Shown: positions 1 through 9,871 of the stretch, in pieces
Position numbering within the stretch: position 1 is the first letter of the stretch
How the letters are laid out: each line of letters opens with the position of its first letter
Assembly: GCA_963733035.1 (NCBI GenBank)
Contig: CAVTBU010000005.1
Coordinates: forward strand, 2,432,001 to 2,496,000
Reading direction: 5' to 3'
Origin: Pirellulales bacterium
GTDB lineage: Bacteria; Planctomycetota; Planctomycetia; Pirellulales; PALSA-1355
Length of the DNA: 64,000 bases
Notes under the pieces: generated by a model
The model's database searches: none
What the model saw: only the letters and a program-made list of their open reading frames with translations
Told to the model about the DNA's origin: nothing
Program-made: the position numbers and the translations under genes

Positions 1-218
1 TGCGAATTCGCGGCCGGCAACCGGCGCTGTACGAAGCCGCCGTGCCGCGCGAAAAAGTGCAAGGCCGGGCCGCCCAGAGCTTGCTCAAGCGGTTCTTCGG
101 TGGTTCGGCAGAGCAGCTTGTCATGCGCTTGGTCGAGGACGAAAAGCTTTCCCCGGAAGAATTGGCCCGCCTGCGTAAGAACCTATCACGCGGCCGGCCG
201 CGCGGGAGGAAACCATGA
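1..218 (+). CDS. BlaI/MecI/CopY-family repressor, 3' part (5' end outside window)
   Basis: Frame 3 reads ...LYEAAVPREKVQGRAAQSLLKRFFGGSAEQLVMRLVEDEKLSPEELARLRK..., the BlaI C-terminal dimerisation motif. Its TGA (216-218) overlaps the ATG of the M56 gene. Confidence 0.88.
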   Translation, partial: RIRGRQPALYEAAVPREKVQGRAAQSLLKRFFGGSAEQLVMRLVEDEKLSPEELARLRKNLSRGRPRGRKP

Positions 219-3200
219 ACGGATCTTTGATCGCATTGCTAGTGGTTGTTTCATTACTACTGACTGTCAGTCTGATCGCGGACGACTGCCTGTCACGGCG
301 AAGGCCACTATTGATGTCCGCGCTGTGGAACGGCTCGTTGATTGCCCTACTGTTAGCACTGCCCACGGCGATGTTCATGCCGCGCTGGGAGATACCGCTG
401 CTGCCGCCAGTCGAATCGCATGGCGAGATGGCAGCCACCAACGAACCCGTCGTGACGGATGACCTCGTCGAAGCTCAGCCGATATACGTTCCACCGACCT
501 TCGACGTGCAGCCACTACCGGCAACAATCGCCGTGCCGACGGTTTCGAGACCATCGCCGATAGATTGGACTCGCATCATCAGGCGCGGCCTGACGGTCGC
601 CTACGTGCTGGGGGCGGCCGTCTCGCTGGTGCGACTGGCAGCCAATCTGGTCGCCGTAACGAAATTACGAGACGCGGCACGCCATTTGGAACAAGCCACG
701 TGGCGATCGCGCCTGGAGGTTTGGCGCGCGAAAACCGGCATCTGCGCCCGACCGGATTTGTTATTCAGCGAGCAAGTCTCCGTACCGATTACGCTCGGGT
801 GGCGGCGTCCAGCGATCGTGATTCCTCAAGACTTGATCAACCGTGCTCGAGCGGAGGCGATCGATGCGATCCTGGTGCATGAGCTGGCACATGTGCGGCG
901 CGCCGATTGCGCATGGCAATTCGTCGAGCATCTGGTGCACGTTTTTTATTGGTTCCATCCACTTGCCTGGCCAATCGGCCGCCGAATCGCAGCGGTGCGG
1001 GAAAGAGCTTGCGACGACTTTGCCATCTACCTGCTCGCCGATCGCCGGGCCTATGCCGAGACGTTGCTCGCCATGGCCACGCGTATGGCCTCGCGACACA
1101 GGCTCACCCTGGCGATGGCCGTGGTACGGACAACAAAGCTCGAAAGGCGATTGACCGCCATTGAATCGAGCCGCGGCGCAGCGCTGGTCCGCCTAGGCGG
1201 CTGCACGCGAGCCGCACTGACCTTGGGGCTTTCGGCTGTCGTTGCCGCCGGGCTGGTCGCGCGGCTGGTTCATGCCGAGGCTGAGCCGGCGCCGCCGCGC
1301 GGCGAAGCAATTGCGTCCGCTGAGTCGGACTCGGCCCCTCCAATGCAGCCCGAGGAGAAACAGCAACGCGAGAGGGATACTCCGCTTGCTGGAGAGAAAG
1401 AGTCTGCATCGGCGAAGGACTACACGTTCACCGACAACGTCGTAAACAAGCTTTCGCAGCGAAAACGCGACGCGGCAAGGCGTCTCTTCGTCGATCTCCT
1501 TAGGCAGCAGTACGACCAGGCCGTGGAGCTGTTTTCGCCGCAATTGCGCGAGACTCTTACCGGCGAGAGACTCGCGCGGCTCTTCGACAAGCTGGCCAAA
1601 CAATTTGGCAAGCTTCAGCCGCGGGCAGTGCTCTACCTCGGCCGGCTTGGCGACAAGGAACTTCCCGATCTAATGCTCATCTGGGGACAAAAGCATTTCC
1701 TCTCCGTGCGCCTGCTGTTCGATGATCAAGACAAGATCGCTGGCTTGTGGATCGGCAGCAACTCCTTGGCCGCCCAGCCCGATCAACCACCGATCAAGGT
1801 GGGCGAAGATGAACGTGAGTTCACTACCGCCAGCATGATTGCATTTGGCGAACCCATGATGGCGCTAGTCGCCAAAGCCAACCTTTCGCTTATCGTGGAG
1901 TGGTTCGATGCCAGCGGTAAGCAGTTGACATTTGGTGAGCCGCCCGGGGTTTTTGTCTCGTTCTTTCGCGCCATGCACGACGGCGAACCCGCTCAAGCAA
2001 GCGACTGGAACGACACCGTCGACCACATCCGCTGGCGACACATCGCCAACGAATCGCCGCTGGAGAATCGGGCGGAACACCTGGCGCCAGGGACCTACCG
2101 CGCGTTTTGGTCGCGCGTCAGGGACGCGGGTTATCAACTGAGCGACCCGATCACGCTCGACGGCTCGGTGCAAGCCACGGTCGTGAAGACGACGGAGCAG
2201 CCAGGTGCGAAAGTGATCGTTAAGCTCGTCGACGATCAGACTGGCAAGCCCATCCAAGGCGCCGACGTGCGCGTCACCAGCGACGACCCACGAATTCCGT
2301 CCTACCGCTACGGCAGCAGCGAGTTCCCGGAAGCAACGATCACGTTCGACGGCATGCTATCGGGCCGCCATCGCATCGATGCCCATCGACCGGCAAAGCA
2401 GCCCGGCGAGAACGACTACGAACAAGTCGAGACGCCTGTCTATGTCGAGCTTGAGCGCGGAAAAACCTCCGAAGTCACGATCAAGCTGCGTGGCAAGCCC
2501 GCGGCAGATCAAGGTCTCAATGCTCGCTTACGGTGGATCGCCACCGGTAAAGTCATCGATTTGGAGGGACGCCCCATCGCCGGCGCAATCGTGCGGGCGG
2601 CAACGGGCGAGGGCACGCTTCTCGGCGGAGGATCGACGACGACCGACGCCGACGGGCGCTTTCGTCTGCACTTCGGCGAGGGGATTTGGAGCGACAATCC
2701 CGTGAACTTGCAAGTGGCCGTGCTCTCTGCGTCCAAGCCCGGCTACTTCGAAACCAACCTGAACCGGCAGGGCGGCCTCGCCATGGCACGCAGCCAACCC
2801 GCTGAAGACGACCTGCGGCACTGGGGTGGTCAGAAAGTCGTCTTTCTGCCCGGCGAGCCGCGCGAGCTGAACTTCGAGCTGGCCCGGGCGGCGACCATTC
2901 GCGTGGAGTTGGTGGACGCAGCAGGAGAAGACCTGGCCGAGGCGAGCGTTTCGCTATCGGATCAGGCAAAGGAGTGGAACGGCGTGGCGTCGGGTGAAAC
3001 CAGTCGCGGCGGCGATTACACCTTTGAGAATGTGCCGGTCGGCAGAGCGTCGTGGATTGCCGCGACCGTGGACAAAAAGCTGAGTGCCCGGTCGCTGCCG
3101 TTCACCTTGCCGCGCGCGGAAAACTACCGCATGAAATTGAGATTTCGGCAGGACGAAGCCAACGATCTGAATCTGCTGGAGGTGCAATCGATCACCAGCG

Positions 3201-3925
3201 CAGCGGGCGAGGAAATCAAGGACAAGGTCCTGGGCGATGACCCCTTGGCGCGGCCGCCCGTCACCGATGCAGACCAGGCCGAAGCTCGCGACCTCCTCAA
3301 GAAACTACTGGACGCCAACTCCCCGTGGTGGTTTGCGCGGCCGCCAGCGGAAATCGCCAGCATTCGCTACGACTTCTGCTTCGCCAGCGGTGATCGCCGC
3401 AACTATGCGTTCGAGCAGGACCAGGAGAAGTTCGATCATTGGGTCGCGCATGGATTGTCGTATTCGTCGGCAACCGCCATGCTCTGCGCGAACCGCAACG
3501 CGGTGGCCTTCCGGCTGGTGGAGATTCAGCCCAACGTGGTTCGGCTGGCCTATACGACGACGACTCGCTGGGGATACTCCGTCGGCAACGGCGTGCAGGG
3601 AACATGGCGCGGCTTTCAATCGGGTGGCGTGCGCGATGGCATCCTCTCGATCGATCCGCGGCGGTGGGTCCCCTTGGAGCATAAGTTTGGCGATATGCGC
3701 GAAGTGTTTTCCGACTACGTCAAGCTGCCCTCCGGCCAGTGGGCGCCGCGGAGCGTGCAAATCATCGAGGGAGATCGCCCGAAGTTCGATTGGAAGTTCG
3801 ATCTCTACGAGCCGGGCGTCTGGCTGTTCTCTTCGAGTCGCGACACGCGGAACCCCGACGCACCGCCGATCGCCCGGCTGGAGAACGTAATGATCAACGG
3901 CGCTCCCGGAAAACTCATCAACTAG
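215..3925 (+). CDS. BlaR1/M56-family membrane metallopeptidase with large extracytoplasmic region (DUF3887-like and carboxypeptidase-regulatory-like domains)
   Basis: N-terminal TM helices, HELAHVRRAD...YWFHP...RERACD M56 motif, a DUF3887-like segment (QYDQAVELFSPQLRE...DKIAGLWI) and GKVIDLEGRPIAGA...TDADGRF repeats. Translationally coupled to blaI. Confidence 0.9.
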   Translation: MNGSLIALLVVVSLLLTVSLIADDCLSRRRPLLMSALWNGSLIALLLALPTAMFMPRWEIPLLPPVESHGEMAATNEPVVTDDLVEAQPIYVPPTFDVQPLPATIAVPTVSRPSPIDWTRIIRRGLTVAYVLGAAVSLVRLAANLVAVTKLRDAARHLEQATWRSRLEVWRAKTGICARPDLLFSEQVSVPITLGWRRPAIVIPQDLINRARAEAIDAILVHELAHVRRADCAWQFVEHLVHVFYWFHPLAWPIGRRIAAVRERACDDFAIYLLADRRAYAETLLAMATRMASRHRLTLAMAVVRTTKLERRLTAIESSRGAALVRLGGCTRAALTLGLSAVVAAGLVARLVHAEAEPAPPRGEAIASAESDSAPPMQPEEKQQRERDTPLAGEKESASAKDYTFTDNVVNKLSQRKRDAARRLFVDLLRQQYDQAVELFSPQLRETLTGERLARLFDKLAKQFGKLQPRAVLYLGRLGDKELPDLMLIWGQKHFLSVRLLFDDQDKIAGLWIGSNSLAAQPDQPPIKVGEDEREFTTASMIAFGEPMMALVAKANLSLIVEWFDASGKQLTFGEPPGVFVSFFRAMHDGEPAQASDWNDTVDHIRWRHIANESPLENRAEHLAPGTYRAFWSRVRDAGYQLSDPITLDGSVQATVVKTTEQPGAKVIVKLVDDQTGKPIQGADVRVTSDDPRIPSYRYGSSEFPEATITFDGMLSGRHRIDAHRPAKQPGENDYEQVETPVYVELERGKTSEVTIKLRGKPAADQGLNARLRWIATGKVIDLEGRPIAGAIVRAATGEGTLLGGGSTTTDADGRFRLHFGEGIWSDNPVNLQVAVLSASKPGYFETNLNRQGGLAMARSQPAEDDLRHWGGQKVVFLPGEPRELNFELARAATIRVELVDAAGEDLAEASVSLSDQAKEWNGVASGETSRGGDYTFENVPVGRASWIAATVDKKLSARSLPFTLPRAENYRMKLRFRQDEANDLNLLEVQSITSAAGEEIKDKVLGDDPLARPPVTDADQAEARDLLKKLLDANSPWWFARPPAEIASIRYDFCFASGDRRNYAFEQDQEKFDHWVAHGLSYSSATAMLCANRNAVAFRLVEIQPNVVRLAYTTTTRWGYSVGNGVQGTWRGFQSGGVRDGILSIDPRRWVPLEHKFGDMREVFSDYVKLPSGQWAPRSVQIIEGDRPKFDWKFDLYEPGVWLFSSSRDTRNPDAPPIARLENVMINGAPGKLIN

Positions 3926-3964
3926 TTGACGAGCCGCGCGTTTGGCGGGCTGCGGCGAACTTGT

Positions 3965-3993
3965 TTGACAGTACCTGTCGACCCTGCTACAGT
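3965..3993 (+). promoter_or_regulatory. sigma70-type promoter upstream of the riboswitch
   Basis: TTGACA-N17-TACAGT, about 15 nt before the riboswitch P1 stem. Confidence 0.75.
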
Positions 3994-4007
3994 ACCCCGC
4001 ATAGCGT

Positions 4008-4212
4008 GCGTTGGTGGTCGGCGTTTGCCTCTGAAACGTCGACAAAACAGGGAACTCCGGTGCAATTCCGGGACGGCCCCGCCGCTGTAACCGAGTGCTT
4101 AAGGAAGCTGTTTCTTAGCCATTGTTGAGCTGGCCGAAGTCGCAAGACTTTGCCCGCGTGCAACGAGAAGGCCAGTCTTCCCCAGCTCGGGAGTCAGAAG
4201 ACCTACCAACGC
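4008..4212 (+). ncRNA. Cobalamin (B12) riboswitch
   Basis: AGGGAACTCCGGTGCAATTCCGGGACGGCCCCGCCGCTGTAA core, GCCATTG...GAGAAGG, and a B12 box GAGTCAGAAGACCTACC. P1: GCGTTGGT 4008-4015 pairs with ACCAACGC 4205-4212. P2 hairpin at 4017-4043. Confidence 0.95.
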
Positions 4213-4392
4213 TTGACTGACGGAAGTTTTCGCGAGGGACGAGAGCTTTCGACCGTTCGTAGGCCTCAATTAGGACGCCGCTAATCGTCGGCTTGTGCCT
4301 TGTAACCCAACGCGGTTTGGCCGTCTGACCGTACGCGCTTGCGCGCATCTGTCCGCCGTCCCCGCTCGTTGCCGTTGGCATGCGCCACGACG

Positions 4393-5271
4393 ATGCGCTC
4401 ATCGTTTGCCGTGACTCCGTCCGCAAGCAATCAACGTCGCCGAATCGCCGCCTTCACCCTGGTGGAGCTGTTGGTCGTGATCGCGATCGTCGGGCTGCTC
4501 GTGGCGCTGTTGCTGCCGGCGGTGCAGGCCTCACGCGAAGCCGCCCGGAGGACGAAGTGCCTGTCGAATCTGCGTCAACTCGGCGTGGCGCTGCAAACGT
4601 ATCACGACGTGTTTCACGTCTTCCCGCGGGGCGGGTGGCCGGCCGCAAGCGCCAACATCAGTTGGACCGCTTCGATCCTGCCCCACTTGGAAGAGCAATC
4701 GCTCTACGATCGTCTGAATCGCACCGTGCCGTATACCGACGTTACGAATCGCGACGCCGGCCAGACGCCCTTGGCCCTGGTGCTGTGCCCTTCGTCGCCC
4801 AAAGAGAGCATCTGGAAATCGTCGGCCGATTTACCGGCTTCCGCGTCGAATCGTTTTGCACGCACCGATTATGGAGCGATCAGCGGCGAACGCGGACTGC
4901 GGTCGCCCACGGCAAGCAATGTGCCAGAGCGCGGCGTCATGATTCTGGAGCGCAACATCTCCCTGTCGGGCATCCTCGACGGCGCTTCGCACACGATTCT
5001 CATTGGCGAGGCGCCCGAGGGAATCCATTCGCTGTGGATCAGCGTTCGCAATCTTTACGACCAGTCGGGACCGATCAACGCCCCGGCGACATATGCGCCC
5101 GCCTTCGTCTTCTTCGACTACGGTCAGGAACTGAGCAGCTATCACCCAGAGGGTGCGCAGGTGCTATTCGCCGATGGCTCCGCGCGGCTGCTCGACAAAG
5201 AGCTCGACGTGCGGACTCTGGCGGCGCTCTGCTCCCGCGACGGCGGCGAAGCGATCGACGGTGACTTTTGA
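4393..5271 (+). CDS. DUF1559 prepilin-type N-terminal cleavage/methylation protein with C-terminal H-X9-DG motif
   Basis: AFTLVELLVVIAIVGLLVALLLPAVQASREAARRTKCLSNLRQLGVAL at the N-terminus and SYHPEGAQVLFADGS at the C-terminus. Start chosen at ATG 4393. Confidence 0.93.
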   Translation: MRSSFAVTPSASNQRRRIAAFTLVELLVVIAIVGLLVALLLPAVQASREAARRTKCLSNLRQLGVALQTYHDVFHVFPRGGWPAASANISWTASILPHLEEQSLYDRLNRTVPYTDVTNRDAGQTPLALVLCPSSPKESIWKSSADLPASASNRFARTDYGAISGERGLRSPTASNVPERGVMILERNISLSGILDGASHTILIGEAPEGIHSLWISVRNLYDQSGPINAPATYAPAFVFFDYGQELSSYHPEGAQVLFADGSARLLDKELDVRTLAALCSRDGGEAIDGDF

Positions 5272-5397
5272 TCGGGTGGCAACGATGTATTTCTCAATCT
5301 CCAACACACACACGATGAGGCAGGTGGCGCGTCACCTAGCTCGTATTGCTTGAACTTCATTGGCAACTTACTCACACCGCGCGGAGTGCACCGAAGC

Positions 5398-6312
5398 ATG
5401 AAAAAATTGATAAGAAACTATCTGAGGAGCGGACTGCTGTTGGCGTCGACGCTGGCGGCGCTCGGGCAGGCGGCACGGGGCGACATTGTGAACTTCGACG
5501 ATCTTCCACTGGGCCCCAACTCCCATTGGAGCGGGCCGGATCCGACCGGCGTGGATCAGCCCGACCCGTACGGCGGTCCGCTGCCGGTGAAAGTCGGCAG
5601 CTTCACCAGCGGCGGCGTAAAATTCGGCAACGAATACAATCCCAACTACGACAGTTGGGGCGGCTTCGCCTATTCCAACGATACCGACAACACGACGGTC
5701 GGTTACGGCAATCAGTTTGGAGTCTACGCCGGATCGGGAAATGATCCGGGCGGCGATAACTTCGGCGTGGCGTTTGGCTACGTCGACAACTTCAGCCCGT
5801 CGGACCCGAACCAGCTCGACCAACTGCCGTATCTCGAGTTTCCGCAGACGGCGAATCCCCAGTCCATTTACGTCACGAACATGACCTATGCCGCAACCAC
5901 GATGCGCGACGGAAACCCGTTTGCCAAACAATTCGGCGGAGCAAGCGGCAACGACCCCGATTGGTTCAAGCTGTCGATCTACGGAACCGATGCACAAGGG
6001 AGCCTGGTGCCTGGATCCGTCGAGTTCTATCTGGCCGACTATCGCTTTGCCGACAACGCCAGCGACTATATTCTCGACAGTTGGGCGCCCGTCGACCTAT
6101 CAGCGCTGGGGAGTGTGACGCGATTGTATTTCAATCTTTCGTCAAGTGACTCCGGGCCCTTCGGCATGAACACGCCGAGCACGTTTGCGATCGACGACTT
6201 GCAGTTCATACTCGTGCCGGAACCAGGCACAAGCGTCTTGGCCGGCCTGGGATTGTTGGCGCTGGCATGGGCCGGCAGCCGCGGGCGGCGACCCCGTCAT
6301 CCTGCCGCCTGA
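5398..6312 (+). CDS. DUF4465-domain surface protein with PEP-CTERM anchor (BtuJ-like, putative B12-binding)
   Basis: Signal peptide; SWGGFAYSN, YVTNMTYA, DWFKLSIYG, VEFYLADYRF, WAPVDLSALG and SSDSGPFGMNTP motifs; ends VPEPG + TM helix + Arg cluster. Confidence 0.88.
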   Translation: MKKLIRNYLRSGLLLASTLAALGQAARGDIVNFDDLPLGPNSHWSGPDPTGVDQPDPYGGPLPVKVGSFTSGGVKFGNEYNPNYDSWGGFAYSNDTDNTTVGYGNQFGVYAGSGNDPGGDNFGVAFGYVDNFSPSDPNQLDQLPYLEFPQTANPQSIYVTNMTYAATTMRDGNPFAKQFGGASGNDPDWFKLSIYGTDAQGSLVPGSVEFYLADYRFADNASDYILDSWAPVDLSALGSVTRLYFNLSSSDSGPFGMNTPSTFAIDDLQFILVPEPGTSVLAGLGLLALAWAGSRGRRPRHPAA

Positions 6313-6436
6313 CCTCTAACCAACAAGTCACCTGCCGCCTGGCAACGGCCACGACTTCCCGCGAGTTAATGGCCTGATTCTCAAGTTTGTTATTTTTCTA
6401 CTCACATCGATGTTAATGTTCTAACGGCCAAAATCA

Positions 6437-6465
6437 TTGACTTCCCGCATCGGTGGGGGTAGTTT
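6437..6465 (+). promoter_or_regulatory. candidate sigma70 promoter in AT-rich intergenic region
   Basis: TTGACT-N17-TAGTTT. Confidence 0.45.
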
Positions 6466-6746
6466 AAACGCGTGCGACATGAACCAAGGCCATGTATCAA
6501 GACGCCGATGAAGCAAGCCGGTGACAATCATCCATCGCGATGAGCTTGTCGACGGACTCTCTTTCGTAACTCCCGCCGGTCGCTACGGCCCGGTGAGCAG
6601 TTCCACCTGGTAGCATTTGGGCCATTTCTCTGCGCGGGCACGAATCGACGGCTTCGTGCGTCATTCTGGCCCGAATGATGCGCACGGAAAGAGAGTGGAT
6701 ATACCCATGCACCAGTTTGCTTTTGGCGGCGCAGGGACCGTTTGTC

Positions 6747-8770
6747 ATGAAAGAACATTTCATTCTCGCCGCTTTCGTTTTATCCCTTTTTGTCGGGCGC
6801 GGGCCCCGGCCGCGGACTACAACTGGAAATCGCCGGTCTCTGGCAGCGCCGGTACGGCGAGTAATTGGACGCCAACCGGCGTGCCAGGGCAGTCGGACAG
6901 GGCAATCTTCAACCTGGGTTCGGCCGGCTACACTGTTTCACCCGGAAACGCGTTCGTCGGTCAAGTCTACGTCAACAACGACACCGTGACTGTCACTCGT
7001 AGCCTCGTTGACGCTGTTGAGCCCAACCTGCCGGCCATTCAACTCGGCAACAACTCAGGTGACATGGCCAAGCTAACATTGACCGACAGCGTGACGTTGA
7101 TGGGAAACGAAATCTGGATCGGCGCCCAGGCGAACACGCAAGGCACGATTACCATCAACCAGGGCATGTTGTCGACATCGACGTTTCAACCCGGTAACTC
7201 GCCCGCGCAGATTGTCGTGGGCGCCGCTGGGACAGGAACGCTCTCCGTACTGACGGGCACCGTGCAGGAGATTGGTACGACAATCATCGCCAGAGACGCC
7301 CTGTCGCACGGAACTTTCAGCTTGGATGGCAGCGACTCGCTCTACTATTCACTGGGATCCGGATTGACCGTCGGGCAGGGGGGAGTCGGAACGTTCTCAC
7401 TCACGCAGGATTCAGTCGCCTATGTGGCGGGGAACCTAATGGTGGGAGAGGATGCCGGATCAAATGGCACGATCAACGTCGCAAGCCAATCGACGCTGAC
7501 CTCGGCTTTGGGAAGCTATGTCATGCAATCGGCCACGATCGGCGGGGCGGGAACCGGCGAGCTTGACGTTACGGGCGGGGGCAAAGCCTACCTGCTGGGT
7601 CCCCTGGTCGTGGGCCAGGCACAAGGTTCCGAAGGAACGGTCATCGTCGATGGATCGCAATCGACCCTCGCACCATTTAGCTCCGGTACGCTACCCAAAT
7701 TATCGCTTACCGTGGGTGATGCCGGTGCGGGAACGATGTCGGTACTAAACGGCGCACAAACCTCACTGGGCGGCACGATCACAATCGGTAATAGTGCCGG
7801 CAGCATGGGCCATTTCATCGTCGACGGCGCCGGCTCGCACGTGCAATCGGCACAATTCGGCAGCCAATCGGTCGACAAGATGATCGTGGGAGCGTCTGGC
7901 AACGGAACGCTCTCGGTGACGGGGGGAGGTGTCGTCGACCTCATCAATGCCAACGTTTATGTCGCGCAAAACGCCGGCTCCATGGGAACGATCGAGGTCG
8001 CCTCGGGCTCCCAGTTGATCGCCAACAACTTGGACATCGGCGCCGTGGGAACCGGCCTGGTTTCGATCGGCAACGGTAGTAAGGTCAGAGTCTGGACCGG
8101 GCCCGTGGAGAATCACGCCGGAGGTACGATCGACCTACAAGGCGGAACGCTCCAACAGTACTTTGACAACACGAACGTCGAAGTCCACAACTCCGGCACA
8201 CTCGACAACAACGGTACGGTGATCGGAAACGTCACCAATTTGCCAACAGGAATTGTGTCTGGTTCGGGCACGATCACCGGAACGCTATCCAACCAAGGGG
8301 GCATGCTCGCACCAGGCAACTCACCGGGAACGCTGTCCGCCGGTTCGCTCGATTTCCAATCCGGCACGCTGCAGATTGAAATGAACCGAGCAATGGAAGC
8401 CGCCGGCGGTCCCGCCGGTTGGGACCTGCTGAACATCCAAGGCACGGCGGCACTCGCTGGCCCCCTCCAAATCGAACTCGTTTCGTTGTCGCCAAACGAT
8501 CAGCCCGGAAACGTCTACGATTTCAACCCTTTGCAAGACTATCAATGGCTCTTCCTGAACGCCAGTGGAGGAATCACGGGCTTCGATGCCAGCAGTTTTG
8601 CGATCGACTTATCGCATTTCTCCAATGCCTATTCGGGCCAATTCTTTGTGACGGAAGTCGGTAACGCGCTTTTACTCAACTACAGCGTGCCAGAACCGGC
8701 GACGCTGGTGCTGGCCGGCGTCGGACTGGTGCTGTTCGCAGGGGCGGCCAGGCGCCGCCGACGGTCTTGA
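6747..8770 (+). CDS. PEP-CTERM surface protein with T5SS/PEP-CTERM-associated Gly-rich repeats (frameshift near 6800)
   Basis: Signal peptide MKEHFILAAFVLSLFVG is in one frame and the mature part AADYNW... is in another. Repeats of the type LxVGxxGxGTLxVxxGG, then LAPGNSPGTL, ending VPEPATLVLAGVGLVLFAGAARRRRRS. Confidence 0.85.
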
Positions 8771-8899
8771 ACGCAAACCCGCTTCAGGTAAGCGGCTTTA
8801 CTTGGACAACCCAGTGCCAACAAATTACGCCAAGCCCAAATGCAGCCCCGGGCCGGCAGCCGATTGACAGCGCGCCATCGGCTCGGATTCAATCGAGTC

Positions 8900-9700
8900 A
8901 TGAGCTCTTCGCGAGACCACAATCGGCAAGCCTGGGACAAGCGCGCACGCGCCGGGGCACGCTTCACCAAGCCGGCAGCGGACGAAGAATTTCGCGATCC
9001 ATTGGCCGCAGTCGATCCCTCCGGCTGGCTCGGCAGCAGTATCACGGGCAAGCGCGTGTTGTGCCTGGCGGCCGGCGGCGGCCGGCAGAGCGCGCTGTAT
9101 GCCGCGGCCGGCAGTACGGTGACGGTGGTCGACATCAGCGGCGAAATGCTCGCCATCGATCGCGAAGTGGCAGCCGAGCGCGGCCTGTCGCTGCGAACCG
9201 TGGAAGCTTCGATGGACGATCTCTCGGCGCTCGCGCCGGCGAGCTTCGAGATCGTGATCCATCCGGTGAGCACGTGTTACGTACCTGACGTGCTCAAGGT
9301 CTTTCGCGAAGTGGCGCGGGTGCTGGTTTCCGGCGGCGTGTACGTGAGTCAGCACAAGCAACCGACGAGTTTGCAAACCTCGGTCGAGCCAACCGCACGA
9401 GGATACGAGGTCGCCGAGCCGTATTATCGCCGAGGTCCGCTGCCGCCGGTGGTGGGCAGCTCGCATCGCGAGGCGGGTACGCTCGAATTTTTGCATCGCT
9501 GGGAAGAACTCGTCGGCGGAATATGCCGCGCCGGCTTCGTGATCGAAGACCTCGTCGAACCGGTGCGCGCCGACGAAACCGCAGCCCCGGGAACGTTCGC
9601 GCATCGCAGCCAATACGTAGCCCCCTACGTGCGCATCAAGGCCCGCCGCCGCGGCGACGCGCAAGTGACCGCCGAGCCAGCCAAAGTCTGGTTGCCGTAA
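8900..9700 (+). CDS. Class I SAM-dependent methyltransferase
   Basis: VLCLAAGGGRQ motif I, VVDIS, FEIVIHPVS and ARVLVSGG. Confidence 0.9.
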   Translation: MSSSRDHNRQAWDKRARAGARFTKPAADEEFRDPLAAVDPSGWLGSSITGKRVLCLAAGGGRQSALYAAAGSTVTVVDISGEMLAIDREVAAERGLSLRTVEASMDDLSALAPASFEIVIHPVSTCYVPDVLKVFREVARVLVSGGVYVSQHKQPTSLQTSVEPTARGYEVAEPYYRRGPLPPVVGSSHREAGTLEFLHRWEELVGGICRAGFVIEDLVEPVRADETAAPGTFAHRSQYVAPYVRIKARRRGDAQVTAEPAKVWLP

Positions 9701-9871
9701 GGGGGCGTCAGCGATCCGGCGAATTCGCTTTCCACGCGAAATCCCAGAGGGAGATCACTCACGACAGGCATTTCCGCGTGCGGATTGTTGCGATCGGGGC
9801 TTGCGACAACTACGATACTGCGCGTGTGCGCACTTCGATTTATCGGCGATTTTCAATAGGTTGGGCAGCTC

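Noticed and set aside
6617..6746. ORF-track N-terminus of the 717-aa protein
   Set aside because: The true signal peptide starts at ATG 6747 in another frame.
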